A stretch of 62,868 nt of DNA, filler included, from Collodictyon triciliatum (Eukaryota): assembly GCA_043381765.1 (NCBI GenBank). It is 51 parts of 51 records of this genome, joined end to end, with 100 filler letters (N's around TTAATTAATTAA, not from the genome) between each part and the next. Parts side by side here need not be neighbours in the genome. Positions count along the whole stretch, not along the records: positions 13,624 to 14,761 come from JBHJMP010012151.1; positions 14,862 to 15,998 come from JBHJMP010012152.1; positions 16,099 to 17,235 come from JBHJMP010012153.1; positions 17,336 to 18,472 come from JBHJMP010012154.1; positions 18,573 to 19,709 come from JBHJMP010012155.1; positions 19,810 to 20,951 come from JBHJMP010012156.1; positions 21,052 to 22,187 come from JBHJMP010012157.1; positions 22,288 to 23,422 come from JBHJMP010012158.1; 43 more parts are not named here. The stretch is one strand, 5' to 3'. Positions 13,805 to 24,656 of the stretch are shown piece by piece. Numbering within the stretch: the stretch's first letter is position 1; each line of letters starts with the position of its first letter. A program made the position numbers and the translations under genes. The notes beneath the pieces are model-generated. The model saw only the letters and a list, made by a program, of their open reading frames with translations. It had not been told where the DNA came from and searched no databases.

Positions 13805-13850
13805 ACTGATACTTTTATATTCTAGGTATATAGAATATAAAAGTATCAGT
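13805..13850. repeat. Perfect 20-bp inverted repeat with 6-nt loop (hairpin)
   Basis: ACTGATACTTTTATATTCTA (13805-13824), loop GGTATA, TAGAATATAAAAGTATCAGT (13831-13850). Confidence 0.95.
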
Positions 13851-14861
13851 AGCGTCCATGCAAACAATGGCTAGCGAACCAAAGAATAAACCTCACCATC
13901 TTGCATAAAATTGAAAGGAAGAATAAAAAAATTTTGGACGTGTGATAGCTAGAAGTATTTAGGCTTTGAGGCACACACTCTCTCCATCTTGAAAAGGCTG
14001 GAGCACACAATCGCATAGAACACATAACACACGACTTGCGCGAACAACGTGCTTATCCCCTTTGCGTGAGGATATCTGCTTTCTGAGAATCGTGCAATCA
14101 TGCCACATGTAGATATTACACATATGGAAGGAGATATCTATCTTCCAACTTTGGGCACGACCCATGATACATATAGTTGCTACTATTGTATGATATATAT
14201 ACTGCATTTCATCTCCACATTTGTATCTCCTTCAGTATTACCATCAACGTAAGGTAGGTTGGATCCACCTGTTGAATGTAAATAGGGTAAATATTGGGGA
14301 GTAAAATCTTATTATTTTGCCTTTGTTCAGGATTTCTTGCTCGCAATTACTTCGTTTATCTTTTTCCCTCTTCACTCTCTTATATTGTTTTTTCTTTCCT
14401 ATAATCAGCTGCCTATTCTATCGACATATGATATAGTTGCGCACTCTTCTCGTGCGAATATTGCTACCCCGAGCTGTCTAGCAAATAGACACGATAACGC
14501 TCGTCCCAACAGCTTTGTCGCTGCACAGTTTATTTGGTGCAGTGTATTTGTATTTGTTTTTCACAAAGAATCAAAAGCCAAATAGTTTTCAAAAATATAC
14601 GTATACTCTTCTTCAATGACACTACCGTGTTGAAGTCCTTGAAACAAGTTTAATTTCCCTTTTCTTTTCTTTTCTTTTCTTTTCTTTTCTTTTCTTTTCT
14701 TTTCTTTTCTTTTCTTTTCTTTTCTTTTCTTTTCTTTTCTTTTCTTTTATTTTCTTTTTTTNNNNNNNNNNNNNNNNNNNNNNNNNNNNNNNNNNNNNNN
14801 NNNNNTTAATTAATTAANNNNNNNNNNNNNNNNNNNNNNNNNNNNNNNNNNNNNNNNNNNN

Positions 14862-14956
14862 ATGTATGTATGTATGTATGTATGTATGTATGTATGTATG
14901 TATGTATGTATGTATGTATGTATGTATGTATGTATGTATGTATGTATGTATGTATG
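14862..14956 (+). repeat. (ATGT)n microsatellite
   Basis: Perfect tetramer run at the contig start. The same motif occurs as (ATAC)n at 25992-26110. Confidence 0.95.
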
Positions 14957-16098
14957 TGTGGTATCTTTTTGTTGATGAGACTTTATGCTATCAATAACTG
15001 CTTACGCTCCAAGAGAATTCGAGATGGCGAAGAAGCGAATTTTCGTTGGTGGCTACTCGTAGTGTTGTCCTTACTGCCGCCTGGTCTTTATGCCACGATT
15101 GAAATGAGATTTATGAATATGGAAATGATAGCTTTTATGAGCGTGATTGGAATTCAAGAAGCTACGAAGGTGAAATGTTCTTCGAATATATCCCAAAAAG
15201 AGAGAATGAGAGAATGAGAGAATGAGAGAATGAGAGAATGAGAGAATGAGAGAAATAAATAAATGAAAGATATAAAAGAAAAGAAAAGAAAAGAACCTCA
15301 TCGAGGGAGGAGATATTGGTTGTGTAACAGAGATAACAGGGTCTGTGTTACACTTTACTGGCTTCTCATGGATTGTTGGGAACAAGTCAGACAGTGGAAT
15401 CTTGACCCATTATTAAATGCACTTTTGTTAGAGGAACAAATATATTATTCGTTGATTTTTATTTGAAAAAATTAACAGAAGTTAAAAATAAACGGAAAAG
15501 AAAGAAAGGGAGGACGAAGAGGATGAAAAAGAAAAATGACATACTGGAATTACGGGTATTGCAGGGGAATCAACCATATCTTTTCTTTCAAATAAAGCGT
15601 CGATATTGACACTCTTTAGTTGTTGAATTAATTTAGGATAATAGTTTCCTTCAAAATAAGTAATCAATTGATGCATTATTTATTAATTTATTTATTTATT
15701 TATTTATAGAAAAAGGCTTTCCATAGTAGGAATAAATAAAATCTATGTGTGTTTAGAGACCCAACAACCATTTTTATCAAACAATCACCAGTGAGTGAGT
15801 AATTGTGTGAGGGAAAAAATGAAGCAATTATCACGTACTGTAGAGCTCTGTACATCAGGGATTTTGTGGCACACCTAGCAACACAAAACAAAAACAAAAA
15901 CAAAAACAAAAACAAAAACAAAGACAAAGACAAAGACAAAGACAAAGACAAAGACAAAGACAAAGACAAAGACAAAGACAAAGACAAAGACAAAGACANN
16001 NNNNNNNNNNNNNNNNNNNNNNNNNNNNNNNNNNNNNNNNNNTTAATTAATTAANNNNNNNNNNNNNNNNNNNNNNNNNNNNNNNNNNNNNNNNNNNN

Positions 16099-16189
<91 letters not shown>

Positions 16190-16734
16190 TAATAGTAATA
16201 GTAATAGTAATAATGATAATAATAATCAGATGAAAGCATGTCGAATATCTCTTGAAAGAGTCTGAAAAGAAAAAAAGGAAGTCAATAATATATCTGCGGT
16301 GTCTGCTGTGTCGGCTGGTAAGTAGTGACGTAATTCGCAATACCTTCTTCCTAAAAGCACCGCGGATCGATCTGAAAGCCGCTTCGAGCTGATCCTGCGG
16401 ATCTCCAATATTCACCTCCTGCATCGATCCAGCGCGAAGGCCTGAATACAACTCATATTCTTCCATCGGTAGCCTCTTTTCTTCTCCTTCCAGATATTTT
16501 TTTTTTAAAAAAAGCATACAGACAAAATAACACAATAACAGACAAAATAACAACAAAATAACAACAAAAAAACAACAAAAAAAAAAACCAATGAAGAAAA
16601 ATCTCAAACAAAGACCAACAAAAAACAAAATGGGTATTAAACGAGGCAGCGAGAAATCCAGAGCCATGATATGTAGAACTAAATCGTTTATTTTCCACGC
16701 CCAAATCTATTTTGCATCTGATCCTGGCCAAGTA

Positions 16735-16900
16735 TCAGGCTCGGCCGCTTCTTGTCACACCAGCCTCTTGATGCTTCATTGGCAGCGAGCCGCTAAAAAA
16801 GTCGTGGTGGAGTAAATATGCGGCCATTGGTCGCTTCTCCAACTCATATATTAGCATTTTTCCAAGGAGGTCGAGAAATGGCCCTCGTATTTCTGGGCTG
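16735..16900 (-). CDS. Ser/Thr protein kinase C-terminal fragment (subdomain XI, CMGC-like); last exon or pseudogene
   Basis: PFLDLLGKMLIYELEKRPMAAYLLHHDFF matches the DLL.KML.YDP.KR..A...L.H.FF pattern. Confidence 0.65.
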
Positions 16901-17159
16901 ATTTCCTGGCACAGCGGAAGTTGTGTCAACATATGATAGAGAAAAGAAACATAGCAAAGTCAATATTTATGGCCCATGGTGATTTATTATGATATGTCAT
17001 TTTGCATGCTTTTTTTTTTGTTTGTGTTTATAATTGTTTGGTTTTGCATCTCTCACTGGCAAAGGCCCAATACGTGCGACGTCTTGGATGGACTTTTCAC
17101 TGCGGGCTATTCGGGGCCAATCAAGCCGATGGTTTTCAAAGTATCTGGCCGACTTGTGG

Positions 17160-17235
<76 letters not shown>

Positions 17236-19434
17236 NNNNNNNNNNNNNNNNNNNNNNNNNNNNNNNNNNNNNNNNNNNNTTAATTAATTAANNNNNNNNN
17301 NNNNNNNNNNNNNNNNNNNNNNNNNNNNNNNNNNNTCTTTTTCTTTCTTTTTCTTTCTTTTTCTTTCTTTTTCTTTCTTTTTCTTTCTTTTTCTTTCTTT
17401 TTCTTTCTTTTTCTTTCTTTTTCTTTCTTTTTCTCGATCTTTACTGGCATCAGACGGGAGAAAAATCCCTCCATTCCTCTCGCGCAAGGAACGAGATGTC
17501 TTTGTATCATTTTCAAATGGTTTGCCCATGAGGAGACGAACAGAAGAAATATGTCTTCGAAATGGGCAGCGGGAAGGAGGTAACAGCTTGATTTGTTGCA
17601 TGCCGTGGCGATGTCCATGTTTTTTTCTACTTTTGTTCTTGTTCTTGTGTTTGTTCTTGTGTTTGTTCTTGGGTTTGTTCTTGGGTTTGTTCTTGTCCTT
17701 TTTGCTGGAACGGTAGACTTCGGTTCTTCCATTTCGCCACTCTTTTTACTTATTTTTTTATCCTATCTATATGCTCCCTTTTTTTTAACTTTGTTGTTTT
17801 ATTTTTATTTATTTTCTGCGGTTTTTTTTTTCTTTACACCCGGGGCGATACATCTTCCGCTGTGGCTTTGCAATGAGTGGCAAACATTATTCTGTTCCAA
17901 CTTCCCGTTTGTTGCAACTTGTAGCTCGAAATCCGCCTGACACTTCCGCAGGACAAACCGCGCGCTGAAGCGAATGCCTCTGATGCTCTGATACGGTAAG
18001 TGGCGGGTTCTAAACCTGGACATGTGCAACGGCAACGGTTCTAGTCCATCTCGTTTTCCTGATTTGGAGGACGTTTGAATCTATTTCCGCAAATGTACAT
18101 AGGTTCTATCAAAAGTGGTGCGCGGTATCTGAAAATATGGAGCAATCAGGAGAAAAGAAGCTGTATGTCATAATGTTAAAAGTAATACTAAAATTGATCA
18201 ATTATTCATACAAGAAATATAGTTGATATTAATTATTAAAAAAATTAATGCTCTTAATGAGAAATTATTTTAAATTCCATATATGTAATATTAAATTGGG
18301 AATCTTCTGCTGTCTTCTTTCCTCCAGATTTGTATAAATATTACTTTGCCAGAAAAGTCAAATATTCATGAGTCACCTTCATTCGCACGGCTTGAATACA
18401 AAAAACAAAAAAACAAAAAAACAAAAAAACAAAAAAACAAAAAAACAAAAAAATAAAAAAACAAAAAACAAANNNNNNNNNNNNNNNNNNNNNNNNNNNN
18501 NNNNNNNNNNNNNNNNTTAATTAATTAANNNNNNNNNNNNNNNNNNNNNNNNNNNNNNNNNNNNNNNNNNNNTCGTGCTAGCTCAGTAGCATGACCACGA
18601 TTCCTGGCCTCTGTTGCCTGCTTTGAAGTTTCCCTCACGACACTGTTTCGGTGTGTGTGGACGTTTCCCAAACCTCCGGCGTCGAAGCGAAAGAAATGAA
18701 ACTGAATCAAAAAGCAATTATTGGTCGTAATTTCCACATATATTTTTCGTAAATGGCGTTAGATTTGGAGACAAATATCTTCTATGAAAGATGAAGTTCT
18801 ATTGATAAAAAATGGAAAAACGATATTTTCATTGATTGTTTTTGTCTCCCAGACTTTTTTTTTTTCTCGATTAATCTGCTTTTGATCACATCACAATGGT
18901 TGATCTTCTGCACTTTACTCCCAGGGCCACTCCAACACAAAATTATTTCAACCCGCAAAGCAGAGACCAGCCTAGTAGAAAGTTTTTTTTTTTTTGTCAA
19001 TTGCTCGGGTGAAATATCAGAGGGGTTGTTTTTTGGTTCAGTCTGCAACTCTTCCAAGCGCTTTACGGGCTTGTTCGCAAATGGTCCACGCCTTTTGTGC
19101 AACCTGCAAATATAGTGCTGCTCCTTCCTCAGTTGGCGGTCTACTTCAGTCTTGTGTTTTTGATCACACCGCAAAGTCACTACAATATTTTTCCTCTTCC
19201 TCAATTGTCAGAAAGCCTTCAGCCATACACGCCATTTTTTTTCTCTTCCTTGTATATACTCTAGATGACAAAATCCATCCGAAAATAACACCCTTTTTTT
19301 TCTTCTACTTCCGATCGTGTGGGCGGGTGAAAGTCGGAATATGTTCCGCAATACATTTCAGTCTGGATTTCTGTCGATTCTGTACAGTATTGGGTTTGTC
19401 TTTATTATTCTTTCTATAAGCCCTCCTTTCGAAC

Positions 19435-19524
<90 letters not shown>

Positions 19525-20037
19525 GATGCTTTAAGTTAAGTTAAACCTTATCAATGGCTATGCTATGCCGAATAAATATATACCTTCGTCGAATTTGTCT
19601 GCAATATGCTTGTTTTTTTTTTTGTCTAGATTAGATTTCTCACTTGTTTGAATTTTTGTTCGAAGGCTTAACTTGCACACTTTTCTCATTTCTTTCTCAC
19701 TCAACTTATNNNNNNNNNNNNNNNNNNNNNNNNNNNNNNNNNNNNNNNNNNNNTTAATTAATTAANNNNNNNNNNNNNNNNNNNNNNNNNNNNNNNNNNN
19801 NNNNNNNNNTTTTTACTTTTTTACTTTTTTACTTTTTTACTTTTTTACTTTTTTACTTTTTTACTTTTTTACTTTTTTACTTTTTTACTTTTTTACTTTT
19901 TTACTTTTTTCTAGAATGGTTTGAAAAGGATTGAAGCGGTGGAAGGCAAGCGCGCAGAAGCAAAACAGGTGGCAATAGGCCCACTTCTGCCTCGTATTGA
20001 CCGTCGATGATAATACAACAGCAGACCCAGTTGTCCT

Positions 20038-20115
20038 GTCTAAAAACCACTTGAGGATGCAGGATGTGTTGAGGCCGCCCGAGTAGGCCAGCTCAACCTT
20101 CTCCTTGGCGGATAT
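20038..20115 (-). pseudogene. Argininosuccinate synthase 5' fragment, decayed
   Basis: ISAKEKVELAYSGGLNTSCILKWFLD versus the family motif KVVLAYSGGLDTS.IL.WL. The apparent start codon reads ATA and the motif Asp reads Asn. Similarity stops after 26 codons. Confidence 0.75.
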
Positions 20116-21598
20116 TTTGGCAGTGATTCTGATGCTGATGCTGATGGGTTGAACATAGCCTTCGTTCCTATGTGCCAACAAAAAGGTGTGCCTTGCTCAG
20201 CCGCTGAGAGACAATTCTCAAAGAGGCACACTTTCCAGGGAAGCACTTGTTGGGCTCAGTGTGGAAGGAAAGAACGTCTGCCAATGCGAGGCCTTATGCG
20301 TTCGGTTTGCTATTGAGGTAGCACCCGTTTCTCGTCTCTTCGTGTTTCTTAATTCCTGTTGATACGCCCACCATCACCCCACCAACGTCGCTAAGGAATG
20401 TGATGTGATTTTTCCTTTATTCGATTCAAAGTGTAGCGAGGTTATGCCATACAAAGGGGCGGGATGGGAGCGCATGGGAGAGAGCAAACGCGGAGGAATG
20501 TGATGTGATAGTGTGTCTGCAGGGATTGAGGATTTGTTCAGCAACCACAGCTTCAAAACTTTATCACTGTAGATGCTCGTGCGTCTTTGGTTGGCTGAAC
20601 TCTGCAACGATGTAGGGAGAGAATATGTGGCGTCGGGTGCATGGTTGGTTTGTGGCATGTGCGTTTTGCTTGGGTGACTGGCATGTGACTTGCTGTGGTA
20701 ATTCTTTCTGGCGTGGACACTCAACCACATTAAGCAAAAAAAAACTATGCAAACAGAAGATGGCCAACTTTTTTTCATCATCGAAGATGCATGTGTCATT
20801 CTTCTGCTTACATACATGATTTTGCTTATTGTTTTTTTTATTGTCTTTATTGTTTTTTATTGTTTTTTATTGTTTTTTATTGTTGTTTTATTGTTGTTTT
20901 ATTGTTGTTTTATTGTTGTTTTATTGTTGTTTTATTGTTGTTTTATTGTTTNNNNNNNNNNNNNNNNNNNNNNNNNNNNNNNNNNNNNNNNNNNNTTAAT
21001 TAATTAANNNNNNNNNNNNNNNNNNNNNNNNNNNNNNNNNNNNNNNNNNNNAGAAAAGAAAAGAAAAGAAAAGAAAAGAAAAGAAAAGAAAAGAAAAGAA
21101 AAGAAAAGAAAAGAAAAGAAAAGAAAAGAAAAGAAAAGAAAAGAAAAAACGGAAAAAGAAAAAGAAAAGGAAAAGAAAAGGAAAAGGAAAGAAAAGGAAA
21201 AGGAAAAGGAAAAGGAAAAGGAAAAGGAAAAGGAAAGGAAAGGAAAGGAAAAGAAAGGAAAGGTAACAAAAGAAAAGAAAAGAAAAGAAAAGAAAAGAAA
21301 AGAAAAGAAATCCCGAATTCGCTATTGCCCTCTGTTCATCATGCGCCTCTTTCTCGCGCTCCGGCTTCGGCCTTGCGCTGGGCGATCAGAGATGCCTGTC
21401 GAGCCGATCATTTTTGTGAGAGCTGCAAATAAATTTCAAAGAAAACATACGATAGTGTAAACTTTTTGTGGAATATATTTTACATCTCGATTTTCATCCC
21501 ACATATTCCAGTTGTGGAGCCTTTGTGGTACATTTCAGCCTTTGTAAACGCAGGTGTGTGCGCACATTGACATAGAATTACAGATGTTGTCTCAAGCT

Positions 21599-21959
21599 TT
21601 ATGACAGCAGTGTAGGCTTTTGGATTTGCTTGATGCTGTCAAGAAGAGGCTCGAAAGCAATCCCAGCATAGCATTGGTCAGCCAGCCCATAGGTCTCTTC
21701 CACACCATCGGAGCGGTAATTGCCCTGAGGGTGTAATGAAAATAGAGCGATAATTATTCTACGGGTAGCAGAACCAAATTGCATGTGTAGGTAATATTGA
21801 TTACATAGTCCTTAACATATGTATAATTGATTACCACAATTGTGCTGGATTCTTTCTCTTTCTCTTTTAATAGGCTATAATAATAATGTAAAAGGTACCT
21901 TGCATGTTGAGCCATTCCAAGCCCAGTACGCAAAATCAACATCCTTTTCTTTAAGATAT
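21599..21959 (-). CDS. Glycoside hydrolase family 5, last exons (21899-21959, 21599-21724)
   Basis: Spliced YLKEKDVDFAYWAWNGSTCK|GNYRSDGVEETYGLADQCY..stop matches the GH5 C-terminal YL...D.D(W/F)AYWA.NG....ETYGL pattern. GT-AG intron. Confidence 0.7.
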
Positions 21960-22287
21960 CTGTTTATATCATCCAAGAGAAAATTAAGAATGTTACCGAT
22001 GTGGTGGTTCGTGCCACACAAAGTCTCACTAATTTCTCATTTTTATGAGTGTTTTCTTTTTCAGTTCTTTTATTTTTTTCTTAGGAACCCTACAAAAACA
22101 AAAACAAAAACAAAAACAAAAACAAAAACAAAAACAAAAACAAAAACAAAAACAAAAACAAAAACAAAAACAAAAACAAAAACAAAANNNNNNNNNNNNN
22201 NNNNNNNNNNNNNNNNNNNNNNNNNNNNNNNTTAATTAATTAANNNNNNNNNNNNNNNNNNNNNNNNNNNNNNNNNNNNNNNNNNNN

Positions 22288-23371
22288 TTTTATTTCCAAT
22301 TTCTTTTTTAATCTCGTCTGCCATTTTTTGCAATGTTTCCTCCCCTTCGGGGCTTTCTATTGCCTTGTCAAATTGTGCAAAATACGCATTTAGCTGATCC
22401 ATTGTTGTATCCAATTTTCCCTTTACTCGTTCTACTTCTTCTGTTTCTACTTCTTCTGTTTCTGCTTCTTCTCTTTCTACTGTTTCTGCGTCTTCTATAA
22501 CTTCTATTCCTTCATCTTCATCTTCATTACCAACATATTGTTGTAAAGATGCCTTTGAACCCCCAGCTTTACCTAGAGCTTCGGCTGGCTGATCTAAAGG
22601 GTCGTCCTCGGCATCTGTTGATTCTATTACTTTTTGTCTTCTATTGTATTGTCTTTTTGGAATTTCTTTAATAAACTGCGTTATGTCTACGTCTTTAGCT
22701 ATCGTGATTTCATTTAATTTTAATGCCATAAATGCATTTAAAGTATTATCCCTAAGAAATTTCATGTTACCTGGTGCATTAGGTCTTTCTTCCATTCTTT
22801 CAAAATTTAATTGATCAAAATTTAAACTAGGCGAGTTAGTTTGCTTTTTGATATTTATGATGTCTAAAAAAACAGTCCTGAGCTTAGGAAAATCAAGCTC
22901 TCTAATATATTCAAAAAACTCATTTTTGGTTTTTTTTTTTGCAATTGTTTCAACATCAGGTGCTGGTGGAGTATTCACAGGTGTATAAAACGGCATTAAA
23001 TATTTGTAACCATAGAGCTCTTTTGTTAAATCATCCAAAGTATTTTCTTCTATTGGCATTTTTTCACCAAAGCCCTGTTCATATAATTTCTCTAATTTTA
23101 TAAAATCGTCATATTCATAGTTTGACCCTCTGTCTCTTCTTTGTTGATAATACAACTCTACAAAATCTTTCGCAGCTTTCTGTAAATCTTCAGCACTAAC
23201 TTTCGCTGGTAGAGTATGGGACAATATATAATTGAACTTTGCACCAGGTAAACTATTTGTATCATCTTCAAAATTTATTTTTAGGTTTTCTCTCTTAGGC
23301 CATTCTTTAAACCAATTGATAGTTTTTCTTTGTTTTGATAAAGTATCAAGAGTTCTGTATTCTCTGCTCAT
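22288..23371 (-). CDS. Intronless orphan ORF with acidic C-terminal region, likely viral (3' partial)
   Basis: More than 360 open codons with A/T-biased third positions and no microsatellites or introns. The ATG follows an AT-only leader similar to those of the capsid-region genes. Confidence 0.6.
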
Positions 23372-23543
23372 AATATAACTTATATAAAATTTCTTGGCTA
23401 ATGTATGATTGTTGATGTTAGANNNNNNNNNNNNNNNNNNNNNNNNNNNNNNNNNNNNNNNNNNNNTTAATTAATTAANNNNNNNNNNNNNNNNNNNNNN
23501 NNNNNNNNNNNNNNNNNNNNNNCCCACATTTCTTTTTCATTAC

Positions 23544-23690
23544 CTACACAATTAAATTTTTTTGACTTTGAAACTCGACGGTGCCTCCGCAGCACGAACT
23601 CTTTTTTAAATGATCAACTGTGTACTTGAACAATCTTTCAATAACTAACACGCAAGTCATAAGTAATGAAATTATTGTAACCGGTTCCAT
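23544..23690 (-). CDS. Small (48 aa) membrane protein with basic-dicysteine motif; below the ORF-track cutoff
   Basis: MEPVTIISLLMTCVLVIERLFKYTVDHLKKSSCCGGTVEFQSQKNLIV*. ATG 15 nt after the capsid stop. The next ATG (23540, MKKKC..) is 3 nt after its TAG. Confidence 0.75.
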   Translation of the reverse strand: MEPVTIISLLMTCVLVIERLFKYTVDHLKKSSCCGGTVEFQSQKNLIV

Positions 23691-23705
23691 TACTTAGTAA
23701 ATATT

Positions 23706-24656
23706 TTATTCTACACGGAAAGTCTGCTGGTTGCTTTGAATCTCCAGCACAGCGTCGTACAGAGATGCAACTATAACATTATAATTTACGCCTGTGGGAA
23801 TAACGCTATTAAACTCTAAACGCAAACTCATCAATCCGCTGCCAGAACTCTGAATGTCTGACCCTACTATCTCTCCCTCGACTGCATCGAGTACCTTGCG
23901 TAGATTGAACCCAAGCATAAACTCACAATTGGGTCCACATGCAGTTTCGCGCATGTATCGAATACCATCATTACCAACTGTACCTAAATGTGCCCCAGCT
24001 CCGGCGGTAATTGCAGGATTTAATAAAGCATTTGCATTACTAGCGTTAACAGACACTACTCTGCTAAAATCTGATAAAAACACAGCACCTTTTGCGGAGT
24101 TATTAGCGTTATTAGCATATGGAACAAAAGTATAATTACCAAGTTGTCTTTCTTGATTCCATCCAACAGCAGCATCTCCTGCTGCATTAAGATCAGCTAC
24201 TGGAGTTATTCCGCCAGTTTGTAGACCTAATTGGGTTGCAGCTTGATCTGCGCCTGGTGCACTAATAGAACCTTCAAGTCTTTGATTTAGTGGAACTGCA
24301 GGATTTGACCCAGGCCAGAATTGTCGGCCGTCATATGCAAATGGTCCTGTATATTCTGAGCGAACAAAGGTAAGACCCAGAGCCTTCTGTAATTCTAGGA
24401 AAACCTGAGGAGCTGATTCCTCGCAATCCATCGGCTGCAGGGGGTAGTACATCGAACCAAGTTGTAGCTGTGCCGTTTTCAAATTCAGGGGAAGATGCTT
24501 TCTGTCCTTGCCAGCAACATTTAGCTTCCCTTGTTCTTCCGTGCGGAAAAATGCAACAAATACCGCGTTCAAACTTTTGACTGTGTCATTTATATTGTAC
24601 ACAATGCTGGGAGTATTTTGGGGTAATGAATACAAACTTGTTCTCCAAGTCTTATA
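23706..24656 (-). CDS. Polinton-like virus double-jelly-roll major capsid protein, C-terminal jelly roll (5' partial, intact)
   Basis: Open from the contig end: YKTWRTSLYSLP..NINDTVKSLNAVFVAFFR..AQLQLGSMYYPLQPM..QVFLELQKALG..FMLGFNLRK..GSDI..LRLEF..YDAVLEI. This is the motif order I recall for PLV capsid proteins (SL..IF; QFQIG..YP..P; ELQKA.G; F.IG..L; YD..L.I). Confidence 0.85.
   Translation of the reverse strand, partial: YKTWRTSLYSLPQNTPSIVYNINDTVKSLNAVFVAFFRTEEQGKLNVAGKDRKHLPLNLKTAQLQLGSMYYPLQPMDCEESAPQVFLELQKALGLTFVRSEYTGPFAYDGRQFWPGSNPAVPLNQRLEGSISAPGADQAATQLGLQTGGITPVADLNAAGDAAVGWNQERQLGNYTFVPYANNANNSAKGAVFLSDFSRVVSVNASNANALLNPAITAGAGAHLGTVGNDGIRYMRETACGPNCEFMLGFNLRKVLDAVEGEIVGSDIQSSGSGLMSLRLEFNSVIPTGVNYNVIVASLYDAVLEIQSNQQTFRVE

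Noticed and set aside
13959-14100. piggyBac-like Cys-rich C-terminus (CSRKSCVMCSMRLC, minus strand)
   Set aside because: The frame has stops, there is no DDD core or TTAA/TIR end, and the Cys spacing is imperfect.
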